Origin: Octopus bimaculoides
Lineage: Eukaryota
Direction of reading: 5' to 3'
Assembly: GCF_001194135.2 (NCBI RefSeq)
Contig: NC_068991.1
Coordinates: forward strand, 44,839,898 to 44,903,897
Length of the DNA stretch: 64,000 nucleotides
Part shown: positions 1 through 12,870 of the stretch, one piece after another
Layout: each line of letters begins with the position of its first letter
Numbering within the stretch: position 1 is the first letter of the stretch
Program-made: the position numbers and the translations under genes
The notes under the pieces: model-generated
What the model saw: only the letters and a program-made list of their open reading frames with translations
Told to the model about the DNA's origin: nothing
The model's database searches: none

Positions 1-224
1 ATATATATATATATATATATAAATATAAATATAAATGAATTTGGAGGGATGTATTATCTGGGCAGGTCCCGTATTAGTTCTCAGTAAAGTTCTAGTTAAC
101 GGCTGTTAAATCAGTATTTCACGTCTCAGTGACTGCAATTTGTTGTTAGTCACTCCGTGAATTCGTTCCATGGGTAATTCCGTGTACTCTATGCTGGACA
201 GTAAAAGTTGTCTGGAGTATATAT

Positions 225-564
225 TAATAATAATAAAGAGTATGGAGACTTGTACATCCACAAAATTTATGTTATAGTTGTATACAGCATATCTTAATTA
301 CATACACGTGTCTCCGCTGTAGCGGCTACTCACTGTTGGAAATGCAGTCTTACAATATTGTCGGTGCAGTTTCATCAGTTCCGTCCATTTGGTCATCCTC
401 GAAGTGAACCAAATGGACGGGCCTTGCTGAAACTGCACTGACAATATAGTAAGGTTGCATTTGCAGCAGTGAGTAGTCACTGTAGAAGAAACCTGTGTAG
501 GTAATTATAATATGCTGTATAAAACTATAAAATATATTTTGTGGATGTACAAGTCTTCATACTC

Positions 565-577
<13 letters not shown>
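225..577. repeat. Spacer-less imperfect palindrome (fold-back inverted repeat) with arms of about 175 bp
   Basis: The left arm AATAATAAAGAGTATGGAGACTTGTACATCCACAAAAT...CCGTCCATTTGGTCATCCTC (225-400) is the reverse complement of GAAGTGAACCAAATGGACGG...TTTTGTGGATGTACAAGTCTTCATACTCTTTATTATT (401-577). The symmetry axis is at 400/401 and identity is roughly 85% by eye. Confidence 0.9.

Positions 578-633
<56 letters not shown>
566..633. repeat. (ATT)n microsatellite
   Basis: Pure ATT run that overlaps the end of the palindrome's right arm. Confidence 0.95.
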
Positions 634-634
<1 letters not shown>

Positions 635-1849
635 CTCACTTGGCATTTTGTTACCCTGGGATAAATGCGTAGGAATTCATTTTCACCTGAACACACCGAA
701 CTATTGTTGTCAATATAAAAAATGTGATTGGGTGAAGTTTTTGCTTTTATTAAAAACAATAGCGAAGTAAAAGGAAACTATTACACCTAGGCAACAAACT
801 ACTGTTAAGCTTACTGAGTTTGCCTGTATTTTGTTGAGTCAGTGGTTCGGTTCTCTGTGATCTTATCTTAAAATACTGGTAACCTCCCAGAGATCAGAAA
901 AGCAGACTCGGATTTCTGTAATTTTTCCTGTATTTTAAGGCTTTTACAAACGTTTAGTATGTTATTATTATTTTTACTAGACATGAAGCCAGAATTTACA
1001 ATTGTATAGTTATTTAAATACATTTCGGGGAATTACTAGTACTTGTTTCGTCTTCTATAGAAGCTGTAAATTCAAGACGATGTGAGTAGAATTTGAATCT
1101 TATAATGAAAGGAACTGAAAATATATACTACAAAACATTTAAAAGCATGGGGGGAGCATTGAAAAGAAACAATAAAATACGAAAACGGTTACATCGGAAA
1201 ATAATTTAATTAAATAATTTGAATTTAATCAACCCCTCGTCTTTAAATGGAAATCATAAATATTCAACAATTTTCTGCTCATTTCTTCCACTATTCTGAC
1301 GGCTTACATCGCATGTCTTGAAATTTCAGGAACACTACTTCGAGGAATGTATAAAAATTTACAGTCATAATGTATTTAGCTCGACCCTATCATTTCTGAC
1401 AGTTCACAACACTAACTTAACGTTTAATTAACCTAAAAGTTTTCCTTTCAATAAAACTTTATTTCGTAAAATATTAATATTTCATAAAATATAGTTTTAG
1501 AGAAACAAAGCAAGCCGTTTCTTTTATTTTCCCTCCTCTGCTATTTTTATTATTTCATTTATTTATTTATTACAAGGTGCTCCCTTCTTTCATTTTGATT
1601 TATTCTTTTAGTATCTCGCAAAGAGTTTCTCCTATAATGCTTTTTTATATTCGAGTTTTCTGTGGTTAATTGGAAAGAAGTATTGAATTTGTTAATAGAA
1701 AAGCGAGTGTTTTGTATTATATTTTTCTTGTTATATTTTCAATTTTCAATGGAAGAATCATCATTATATTCATGATTGATGAATAAGCTATAGTTAAATA
1801 CATCATATGGTATCATCTTACCGCCTAACGACTGTTTCTAATTAAGATA

Positions 1850-2290
1850 CCACCACCACCACCAACCACATTCCACCATCCACCATGATTATCATCATTA
1901 TAGTCATCAACAGCAGCACCACCACTGACAGCTCTACAGCCACTAGTATCACTAGTGTCAATATCAATGAAGTAGTCTTACCTAAATCCTTTGGTTTGTC
2001 AAGTTTGATACCATACTTAACCTCACTACTAGCATCACCACTGCGTCACCCTCACACCACTACTAATTTATCTTTAATCAACGTCATCACTTGTGTCAGT
2101 TGTCATCATTGGTACTATTAAAAATAAGTATCACTACCACTGTGAAAAAAAAAAGACGCGAAAACGAAACTCTCATCCACCAGCAACCGATTTACTGTTG
2201 CAGTTATCGCTCCACCACCACCACCATTATTATTACCATGGTAACAACAATCAGTATAAAAACGGTTATTTACCACCACTCAAATCCCTT
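1850..2290. repeat. Degenerate (CAC/CAT)n low-complexity tract
   Basis: Runs of ccaccacc and catcatt; the overlapping ORFs are Thr/Ile/His-rich low-complexity artefacts. Confidence 0.6.
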
Positions 2291-2412
2291 CACTGTCTTT
2301 GAAGAGGACATGTTAGATCGTATGGCCCAGGCTTCTTGAACGTAAGTGACAGATTGGTCACGGCCGAAATACTTTTGTTCATAGGTCTGCTGAAACAACA
2401 CCTAAGCAACAA
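2285..2412 (+). mobile_element. Short interspersed repeat family D (CAA-tailed), truncated copy
   Basis: GGTCACGGCCGAAATACTTTTGTTCATAGGTCTGCTG...CTAAGCAACAAC resembles the 3' half of the copies at 40130-46180. Confidence 0.5.
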
Positions 2413-3172
2413 CTCTTTCACAAACGCCTTGCCAACTTAAAGCGACTAATTATGCTCGCCACTTCTACACTTTGGGAGATTTATTAATGATCCAAAAAGG
2501 CCGCAAATATTTCCAATACGATGGAAACGCACGCACACACACACCTTCTGAATAAAATAAGTACTAGAAGGAGGTTTTATTGACTGCTGAATGTGAATGG
2601 GATAATTGCATAATTGTTATGTGTTCCTATCAGTTACTATACCGAGTTAAAATATTTGCACATGCAGATGCCATGGAAAAAGAACGAAAGAACGGTAACA
2701 ATGACGACTTAATAAAAAAGGACAAATAACATCACGACTAATATCCCTCGCCCAACATTCGGAGTGTCTGCTAAGCCTAAAGTATTACCGTTACTACCAT
2801 TACCCGCAATGATTGCAGTGTCTTTGATCGTAGATTTTCTCGCTCAATATTGACCTGACGGTTAAACATGATACAAACGTTTTACACACCACTACCAATT
2901 CACCACCACCGTTAACCAACATTTCACCACTAGCACCATTTATATCAGCACCACTACTGTTAACGCTTCACGTCGAACACAAAAAAAGCTAATAGACAAA
3001 AACCTCACACACAGTACCGCTAGACCATGTATAAACGAATAACTCGACATAAAAAAAAAACTAAACAAAGAAATAAAAAGGAATGAAAAAAGAAATCATA
3101 AAAAGATAGAGAACTGAAGAAGAGGTAAAAAAAACCCGACAATATTAAGAGTAAAATGCATTGAATATTCGC

Positions 3173-3311
3173 CATCATCATCATCATCTTCATCATCATC
3201 ATCATCTTCATCATCATCATCTTCATCATCATCATCATCATCTTCATCATCATCATCATCTTCATCATCATCATCATCTTCATCATCATCATCATCTTCA
3301 TCATCATCATC
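3173..3311. repeat. (CAT)n microsatellite with periodic CTT interruptions
   Basis: Blocks of several CAT units separated by single CTT units; reads as poly-D/E on the minus strand. Confidence 0.95.
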
Positions 3312-3429
3312 GATGACATCAACGGCCACATCACAATCCATATCACAATAACAAATCTCAAATAATATCCAGGTTGCAATATCAAGCAAACGCCCATATA
3401 AGATATTTTCCCGAAAATCAGCTAATAAT

Positions 3430-4200
3430 TAACCAAACTATATGAAAACAGACAGTAGCATAAAATGTAAAATACATCACTTGCACCTAGACCACAATTA
3501 TGACTCCTTCCTTCCAGCAGACTTCCTAAAATCAATAGGGATATCTGAAGACGGAAAAGCTTCATGATTTGACACAATCTCAAACATTTACATTAAACAT
3601 ATCGGGCCTGAACTAATCATTCGTCAACTACTTGTACCAACACTGTCAAATTCTCAGAATCTCGAAAGCTAAGTCAAATTCTCACAATTCTAAAGTCCAG
3701 CAAAACTCCAAGAATTCCACCTTCCCATGCGTATGCTAAAAATATAGGAAATCTAATACTTGATATCACTAAACTACGTATTCTCCCCTTCAGTTCACAG
3801 GCCGGGTTCAATCCAATACATTTAACCACTGCCACATTATTCTCAAAGCGAATACAAAATATACATAATGGTTTTAGCAACAAAATAACCACCCATATGC
3901 GTTGTTTTAACTATTATCAATATCAGCCAAGACTTTGATCCTATTCCTCGTTATCCACTCTTAAAATAAATACTTATTACTACCCTGAAAAAAATTACAA
4001 AATACTAGCTAGCAAACTACTTGTCAGCCCACCAAACCTGTCTAGTGTACATTTCCAGAAACTACTATTACGCATATGGTGTAACATAAAGATCTGTTCT
4101 CTCACCCAATCTTTTTTCCTTGTGCAATTACCACAAAATACTGCTTTGTCGTCCCCCAACTAACTTCCCTCACTACCAATGATGTTCCAATAGCAAATGA
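3430..4200 (+). mobile_element. Possible highly decayed Penelope-like reverse transcriptase remnant
   Basis: Broken-frame peptides FDTISNIYIKH (about 3568), PSHAYAKNIGNL (about 3719) and NTFNHCHII (about 3815) fall in the order of PLE RT motifs FDVxSLYTNI, APxYANxxMG and YxDDxFII. The similarity is weak. Confidence 0.3.
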
Positions 4201-5223
4201 GAAATTAGAACAACGATACCGCCAATATTGGTTTTTGTTATTTGCTTGCTAAATACCGGTCAGGTAATAATGACGAGTTGAGCAATTCTTCAATACATTC
4301 TTAGTAAGATGTCATAGCGTGGTTGAAATTATGGTACAACTTAAGTGTGTGCGCGCTAGGAGATATTGGGACGGTGGTGGCATTTGTGCTTGTGTATTTC
4401 AGCTTTTTACTTGCTGTTGTTGCTGATAAGCTGCAATGATAAAGAATGTTCCAACTGACAATTTTTTTCAAACTGAATTTACCTAGAATTTCATTATCTA
4501 ATGAATCATTTCCTTTCTCAAAGATAGTCGGGTCTGATTCTGAATGATATTTAGCTGTTATTTTTTGTACGTCAGGTTATTTCTAATCGAGGCAAACTTT
4601 CATCAAAAGCGTTACCGCCCTGACCATCCTATTTTTCTGTTTTCTAAGACTGGCTCACTCCTTACCCATTATATTTAGTGTATGTTTAAATTGGAATGTC
4701 CAGTGCTTCACAGAGACTGCCCCTTTCCTCGAATACTTGGACTGAACTTCAGTCGGAATCCGAAGTTTCTCAGCCGAAAAGCATTTATAAACCCATTTCT
4801 CACAATAGATGTTTTTGCTACAAACTGTATTGTGTTCTTTTTCTGTCTTTCAGAGTTAGTCGTACAAAGCATAACCTACCCGCTGAAAAACCTTTCCATT
4901 GTATAACCCACCCACTATATAACCTGCCCATTATGTTTCACTCTGTTGTGCATAATATAGATTGATTTTAGTTAAAAGGTACAAGTATGCAAATTAGGTT
5001 TTCACCACAGTAGTAATCTATTTTATCACTGTTTTATTAGGATGCTGATCTATGCTACTAGAGAAGGAACATGTTTATATTTCCATTTAATCCTCAGTGA
5101 GGCTTTATAATATTTAAATTTATTTGATTTCATCTGATTTAAGCTGTTTTGTTCATAATCTTTCTGTCTTCGTATATGTATATGTATGTGTGTGTGTGTG
5201 TGTGTATACATATATATATATGC

Positions 5224-5267
<44 letters not shown>

Positions 5268-5373
5268 CCATGTATGTATCATTTCGTTTACAAAAAAAGC
5301 GAAAGCAAGAAGGTAAAGTGAGAGAGAGAATATATATAAAGTGTGAGAGAGATGAGGAGAGAGAAAGACCGGG

Positions 5374-5404
<31 letters not shown>

Positions 5405-5609
5405 AATAAAGAAAGAGGGAGACAGATGGAGAGCGAGAGAAAAATAAATATTTTATTAGCTATTTGCATTACTACGCCATATTTGCGCATGCGCCTTATT
5501 ATTTGTTTATCACTCATACTCTCACTTTCTTTCTGTTATTGCGCTCTCAGCATTTGAACTACAATTACAACTACTACAAGTACTACTAGTACAACAAATG
5601 CTGCTGCGG

Positions 5610-5674
<65 letters not shown>
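5610..5674. repeat. (CTA)n microsatellite
   Basis: Pure CTA run. Confidence 0.95.
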
Positions 5675-6379
5675 GCTGCTCTTGGCCCAACCACCAAGTC
5701 TCAATGCCATGTGATTGTGCTCCTGTTTGGTTTGGAAAGACTTGGTGATTAGGCTGACATTCACGTGAAAATCATCCCATTGGAGAGACTAGAAAGCTTT
5801 CTCTTTAATTGCTACATGATATCTGATGACGTGTGGGCCGCTTGAGACTTTATTTATGACACATTTTACTTTTGGACGGACGCCGCAAAACAATGGCATC
5901 AAATACTTGGCTTGCGATTCTTATACGTCTGACAAATGACACATATTGGAAACACATCAATTATTCAAATAAAAACAGCTTGCATAAAATATGTGAATGT
6001 GTGTCTCAGACATAAATATATTATACATTCATATATACGCACATACATGTATATATATACCTATATATACAAATATATGGAATATATACAAGCATACAAA
6101 AGCATATACGCACACGTATGTACATACATGCATATATACATGCATGCGTGCATATATATCGATATATGTAACACATATATACATACATATATCATGGTTG
6201 TCTATGCGTTAAAGGAGAATGGCCATCGTTGATAAATTACTTGTTTTCAGTAACCATGGAACCTACAATGGCTTTTAGGACCGATACAGGACCTGCATTT
6301 TTTGTTGCAAATATTCATGTGTTGCAATTGTATGTTCGTTCTTGATTTTGTACTTTCATGTGGCTTGTGAATCAGCTGC

Positions 6380-7262
6380 AAGTGGAGCTAGTCAATTACC
6401 TCAACCGCAGTGTTCAGCTGGGACTTATTTCATCAATCGCAAAGGATGATAGGTAAAGTCAATCTCGGCGGAAATTTCAATTCAGAACGTGATGACGTAC
6501 GGAAATGCCGCTAAGTATTTGCCCCGCTTACCACTTTGTAACATAAGTAAAAATAACGATTTCAAATTTTGGCACAAGGCCTTCAATTTCGGAGGAGGAT
6601 GTAAGTCGATTACATCGACGCCAGTGCTCAACTGGTACTTATTTTATCGACCCCGAAAAGATAACAGGTAAAGTCTACCTCGTTGGAATTTGAACTCATA
6701 ACCTGAAAATGGATGAAATGCCGCTTAGCATTTTGCCGGCGTGCTAACGACTTTGCCAACTCGCCACTTTGTAACATAAGTAATAATTCGATTATAACTA
6801 TGATGGTTTCCAATTTAGGTACAGGGTCCGCAATTTTGAAAGAAGGGAATTAGTCTTTAGCATCAGTCCTAGTACTTGACTGTTGGTCAGTCCATTTTAT
6901 CAACTCCAAAATGAAGAATGGCAATGTTGACCTCGGCGGATTTGAACTGAACGTAAAAGAGTCGGGAAAATATTGGAAAGCATTTTATCTAACAATTTAT
7001 CGCTCCTCCCAATCCACTGCCCTTATAAATGATAACGATAATACTTTCTGCAATAGGCAGGCACAAGGCCTGAAATTTTGTGGGAAGGACCCAGTCGAAT
7101 ATATGGAACCTCGTGCTCAACTGGTACTTGTTTCATCGATCCCGAAAGGATGAAAGACAAAATTGATCGCGTCGGAATTTGAACTTGGAACATAAAGACG
7201 GGACGAAATTTCACTAAGGATTGTGTCTGGTATGCTAACGATTCTGCCAGCTCACCGCCTTC
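6380..7262 (-). mobile_element. Four head-to-tail copies of SINE family A (about 6380-6530, 6560-6765, 6812-7025, 7045-7262)
   Basis: Each unit carries variants of AACTGGTACTT...ATCGACCCCGAAAGGATGAAAGGCAAAGTCGACCTCGGCGGAATTTGAACTCAGAACG. On the minus strand this is a tRNA-like head with a B-box (GAGTTCAAATTCC), and it matches the plus-strand copy at 33620-33835. Confidence 0.85.
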
Positions 7263-7725
7263 AGAATGATAATAATAATAATATTATATTATTAGTTACA
7301 CAGTGCATATAGAGCAATTTTATGCAGTTTAATGCAGTATTGTACATCTGATTAACGAGCAATATACGTACGTGCACGAACTGGCTGTGTGAATATATGT
7401 TTCATACGTGTATATAAAAGCGCAGTGGCTTGCATGCGTGTATACACATATCTATATATGCATATGTGCATGTTATGGAGCAGCGCGTGAGCACAAATGT
7501 AAGTATAAACATTGTCATACGTATACACAGATACACACATATAGGTACACATATGGGTAGATATACCTGTTGGCGCATGATCACGTAATAGCTATATAGG
7601 TAATAATAACTTACTAAGAAAACAGATGGCAATATAAAGAAAAATAATCAATCCCAGATATCTACCTAGTTGACAGAGAAACAACAGAGAAAGCAACAAA
7701 ACTATATTCACGCACGCACACACGC

Positions 7726-7793
<68 letters not shown>

Positions 7794-8293
7794 CAGAGAC
7801 AAGCACACATATAAAACGAAAAGTAAAGTAATGACTGAAACAAAAAGATTCAAACATGCTTGAAAACACTGACATGATCACTAACCTCTATAAGCACACA
7901 CATCACCAGTACTCACACACACACACGCACACACATAACACACACACACAAAGAAACACACACACACACACACACACATAACTGCTAGAGACGAAAAGGC
8001 TGTAAAGAGAGTTGTAGAAAGAACACTGAAAAGAGAACAGTTCTGAGGTGGAGCAGCTTGATAAACGAATTAATGAATTAGTTATTCATAAAAATGTGAG
8101 TAACGAGTGCATGCGTTTTTATTGGCACCACCAGTACATCGATATCTGCTTCAAAACGAATTAACTAACAAATTTACTACTTGCATACGTACATAAACAT
8201 GCACATACATGTAAATATAATTCTGTATGTAAGTGGGTGCGTATATATGTATGTATGTATGTATGTATGCATGTATGTATGTATGCACGTATG

Positions 8294-8324
<31 letters not shown>

Positions 8325-9106
8325 NNNNNNNNNNNNNNNNNNNNNNNNNNNNNNNNNNNNNNNNNNNNNNNNNNNNNNNNNNNNNNNNNNNNNNNNNNNN
8401 NNNNNNNNNNNNNNNNNNNNNNNNNNNNNNNNNNNNNNNNNNNNNNNNNNNNNNNNNNNNNNNNNNNNNNNNNNNNNNNNNNNNNNNNNNNNNNNNNNNN
8501 NNNNNNNNNNNNNNNNNNNNNNNNNNNNNNNNNNNNNNNNNNNNNNNNNNNNNNNNNNNNNNNNNNNNNNNNNNNNNNNNNNNNNNNNNNNNNNNNNNNN
8601 NNNNNNNNNNNNNNNNNNNNNNNNNNNNNNNNNNNNNNNNNNNNNNNNNNNNNNNNNNNNNNNNNNNNNNNNNNNNNNNNNNNNNNNNNNNNNNNNNNNN
8701 NNNNNNNNNNNNNNNNNNNNNNNNNNNNNNNNNNNNNNNNNNNNNNNNNNNNNNNNNNNNNNNNNNNNNNNNNNNNNNNNNNNNNNNNNNNNNNNNNNNN
8801 NNNNNNNNNNNNNNNNNNNNNNNNNNNNNNNNNNNNNNNNNNNNNNNNNNNNNNNNNNNNNNNNNNNNNNNNNNNNNNNNNNNNNNNNNNNNNNNNNNNN
8901 NNNNNNNNNNNNNNNNNNNNNNNNNNNNNNNNNNNNNNNNNNNNNNNNNNNNNNNNNNNNNNNNNNNNNNNNNNNNNNNNNNNNNNNNNNNNNNNNNNNN
9001 NNNNNNNNNNNNNNNNNNNNNNNNNNNNNNNNNNNNNNNNNNNNNNNNNNNNNNNNNNNNNNNNNNNNNNNNNNNNNNNNNNNNNNNNNNNNNNNNNNNN
9101 NNNNNN
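8325..9106. other. Assembly gap (N run), the first of 17
   Basis: N runs at 8325-9106, 11155-11490, 12378-12629, 13696-14493, 16042-16051, 23819-24141, 30690-30815, 36690-37649, 38309-38328, 40416-40425, 50741-51422, 54763-55066, 56111-56455, 57995-58075, 60499-60521, 61262-61642 and 62689-62749. Most are flanked by (TA)n, (CA)n or (TC)n. Confidence 0.99.
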
Positions 9107-9500
9107 TGTATATACGTATCTCGAATAAAGGAATGTGAAATGTGACAAAGTACCTTTACCCATTTAACCTGACAACCAGCGGCAGACAACTTCTCCTGAT
9201 TATTACTGCTATTATTATATGGTTTTCCCTGTGTTCTCTTTCACATTTTGTATCATGCAAAGTTGTTGATTATTTGTATAACGAGAAAATTGTCAATATA
9301 TTGTCTTCAATTCCTCTTGTATTTAGTGTAGAACACTAATGAGGTAAAAAGTAAGATTATATAGTGTTTCTACATCCGTTATGCAATTATGACGACAGTT
9401 TAATGAAACGTGTTTATGCTCTGTAAAGCATTGGATACCATATCTGTTTTACACACACACACACACACACACGCGCGCACACACACATTCTGTCTCTCTG

Positions 9501-9531
<31 letters not shown>

Positions 9532-10712
9532 GTCTGTCTCTCTCTCTCTCTCACACACACACACATACATAAACACGGGATATTTCAGTGGTGATCGATC
9601 AATTGAAAGATAAACATTGAAAATTATCACTCGGTTGATAAATTTATATTTAGTGTATCGAAAGAAGGTACATTACAAGAATAGACTGAGGAAGACGAAG
9701 GTAGAATTACCAAAGGAAGCATAAAACTAGTTGAGCATAACATAATTAGGACTTGCAAAAATAATTAGTTAAATTACGAGTTGATAACCACTTCTAATAT
9801 CCACTTTCATTTATTTGATATATTTGAAATGCCTGATTCAATTATCACAGCTGTGGTTATAAACGAAAAACATGGCAGTTTGTTTGCGCACATTTGACAC
9901 TCGTAGTTTGGTTGTACGACAGGTTAAAAAAAAATGAACGAAAAATATTATTATAATAACTTAATTTTTTAAATCTCTAGTTAATACTCTTCTAATAAAT
10001 AAACTAACGATAATGTTAGTGAATGTTTTTCACACAAAATATTTTTTTTTATCAGATTCCAATTTTCAAATATGTTTCGGTTTTGTCGTCTAATACATAC
10101 AACAGAATGATTAACAATGCAATTGGTAAATGGTAATTATAAGAACTAACTTCTGTTTTCACATTGGAAAGCCTAGCACCACAAGTTTTATATTAAGATT
10201 AATTTAATTTGAACCTTCTTTTTCAGACACTCATAGAGACATTCATAAACATACATAATCACATTTACGTACCATTCTGAATATTTATGTAAATATACAT
10301 ACTTACATACAAAGGAGCATACTTGTACACATACACACAGACACAGACACACGAATACGCACACGTACACACGCACGCACACGCACACACACACACGCAC
10401 ACACACACACATTCTCTCTCTCTGTCTCTCTGTCTCTCCGTCTCTGTTATTAGTAAATATTTTGTACCACATTTAAACATGCTATACTGAAGGCACAGTT
10501 TAATTTTTAATGATGATTTTTCATATTATTTATTGAGTCCTCACGTTTTAATTTGAAGCAATAATGTTCACAATTGCATTACTGCTTCGAAATATTTTCG
10601 ACCCAAGAAATCATTATTGCTGCAGTAGGCTTAAGACATCATGGGAAAGATATTGTAACTGACTGCATATCGTTGCTGTATGTAAAAATTTAGCGTTAAC
10701 TAGCATTTATGC

Positions 10713-10756
<44 letters not shown>

Positions 10757-11604
10757 TTATATGTATGTGTGTGTGTACGCGCGCCCGTGTGCATATCTAT
10801 GTGTCTTATCAAGATACCAGTCAGTTTAATGATCACCCACGCTTGCATGTATAAATGCGTGTATGCCTATATTTTATATCACAAAATAGCGGCTGTGAAT
10901 TAAAAGTTTCTTTCGAGCTTTCTTTATGGTCCATTGTATTTCCGATGTTCAGAGTTAAAAAGGAGTATCTATGCAATTTGGGTGAAACAAATACCATGCA
11001 ACATAATAGATACATATATACATGCATGCATACCACCTTCCCACACACACGTACACACACATATATATATTTGTATAAGTACTTACATAAATACACACAC
11101 ACACACACACATATGTATATATATAAATATATATATACCTATTTATATATGTATNNNNNNNNNNNNNNNNNNNNNNNNNNNNNNNNNNNNNNNNNNNNNN
11201 NNNNNNNNNNNNNNNNNNNNNNNNNNNNNNNNNNNNNNNNNNNNNNNNNNNNNNNNNNNNNNNNNNNNNNNNNNNNNNNNNNNNNNNNNNNNNNNNNNNN
11301 NNNNNNNNNNNNNNNNNNNNNNNNNNNNNNNNNNNNNNNNNNNNNNNNNNNNNNNNNNNNNNNNNNNNNNNNNNNNNNNNNNNNNNNNNNNNNNNNNNNN
11401 NNNNNNNNNNNNNNNNNNNNNNNNNNNNNNNNNNNNNNNNNNNNNNNNNNNNNNNNNNNNNNNNNNNNNNNNNNNNNNNNNNNNNNNNNNTTTAATATGT
11501 GACATTAATAAAAATCTGTAAATGTACAAACATCCAAGTTTCTGAGTACCGTAATTAAAATATTTTTTCTATATAATTTCTGTACATCACCTCCAAACCT
11601 TCAA

Positions 11605-11644
<40 letters not shown>

Positions 11645-11647
11645 ATA

Positions 11648-12377
11648 TACAGTGGGCGATGGGTAGATTGCTGCCATTTTATATTTTTAATTTCGCTCAT
11701 GCGAATTGTTTGTTTTTGATTTTGTCGACTATACAGTATAGTAAGGTCAGTTGGGCACCGTCTGTGAGAAAAACAGCATCATGATGCTATTCACTCTGCC
11801 AGAAATTTGGAAACAACATGCTGTGCTGCTTGGCATTCGCGCCGGAAGCTCCAATTTCAGAGTGTGTGGGTGTCAATCTGAGGACATGTACCGAGAGTGA
11901 TAAAAATTAAACATCCAGTCAACAACACGGCCTCAGACTCAACACCGAGGTCTACATCAAGTGCCTGGATGGAGTAGTATTGCCCTGAGTCAAAGGGGTG
12001 GCTGCTAGAAGACCCTGTGTTTGGCTAAAGGGCTCTGCACCATACCACACAAGCAGGAGGATTCAATCATGGCTGTCAGACAATTTTTGCGACCACATCA
12101 CCCCTAACATCTGGCCACCTAACTTCCCAGACTGCAACCCCCTTGATTATTATGTGTGGGGCACAGTTGAGCGAGAGACCAACTAAACTCCTTATAACAC
12201 CAATAAAGAACTGAAGGCAAGGATTATGGCAGCATTAATCAACTTAAACAAGGAAGCCGTCCAGAAAAGCTGCAGGAGATTCCGAAGTCGTCTGGAGGCC
12301 GTGGTTGAAGCCAATGGCGATTTTATTGAATAGATTTAATCTTTAGTATTTCAAGATATATTAACGTCATTTTGGTA
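11648..12377 (+). mobile_element. Internally deleted Tc1/mariner-superfamily element, DD37D (maT-type) transposase remnant
   Basis: Starts TA-CAGTGGGCGATGGG inside a (TA)n run. An N-terminal piece MMLFTLPEIWKQHAVLLGIRAGS begins at 11781. The catalytic region reads HGLRLNTEVYIKCLDGVVLP*VKGVAARRPCVWLKGSAPYHTSRRIQSWLSDNFCDHITPNIWPPNFPDCNPLDYYVWG...RLEAVVEANGDFIE* and ends at 12333. There are 37 residues between the second catalytic position (mutated D>G) and the last D. In-frame stops are present and the right TIR is lost in the gap. Confidence 0.9.
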
Positions 12378-12629
12378 NNNNNNNNNNNNNNNNNNNNNNN
12401 NNNNNNNNNNNNNNNNNNNNNNNNNNNNNNNNNNNNNNNNNNNNNNNNNNNNNNNNNNNNNNNNNNNNNNNNNNNNNNNNNNNNNNNNNNNNNNNNNNNN
12501 NNNNNNNNNNNNNNNNNNNNNNNNNNNNNNNNNNNNNNNNNNNNNNNNNNNNNNNNNNNNNNNNNNNNNNNNNNNNNNNNNNNNNNNNNNNNNNNNNNNN
12601 NNNNNNNNNNNNNNNNNNNNNNNNNNNNN

Positions 12630-12700
<71 letters not shown>

Positions 12701-12833
12701 TGTATACATATATAAATATAGATATACACACAAATATATGTACATTCATATAGATATACATTTATATAAACATACACATATGTAAATATGTATATAAATA
12801 GATATATATATATATATATATATATAAACACAC

Positions 12834-12870
<37 letters not shown>

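Noticed and set aside
3096-3389. Acidic poly-D/E ORF on the minus strand
   Set aside because: It is explained by the (CAT)n/CTT microsatellite, and the flanking residues show no protein-like features.
4682-4906. CPVLHRDCPFPRILGLN as a LINE RT 'QGDxLSP' motif
   Set aside because: It is a single weak motif with no supporting neighbouring motifs, which is not enough to call an element.
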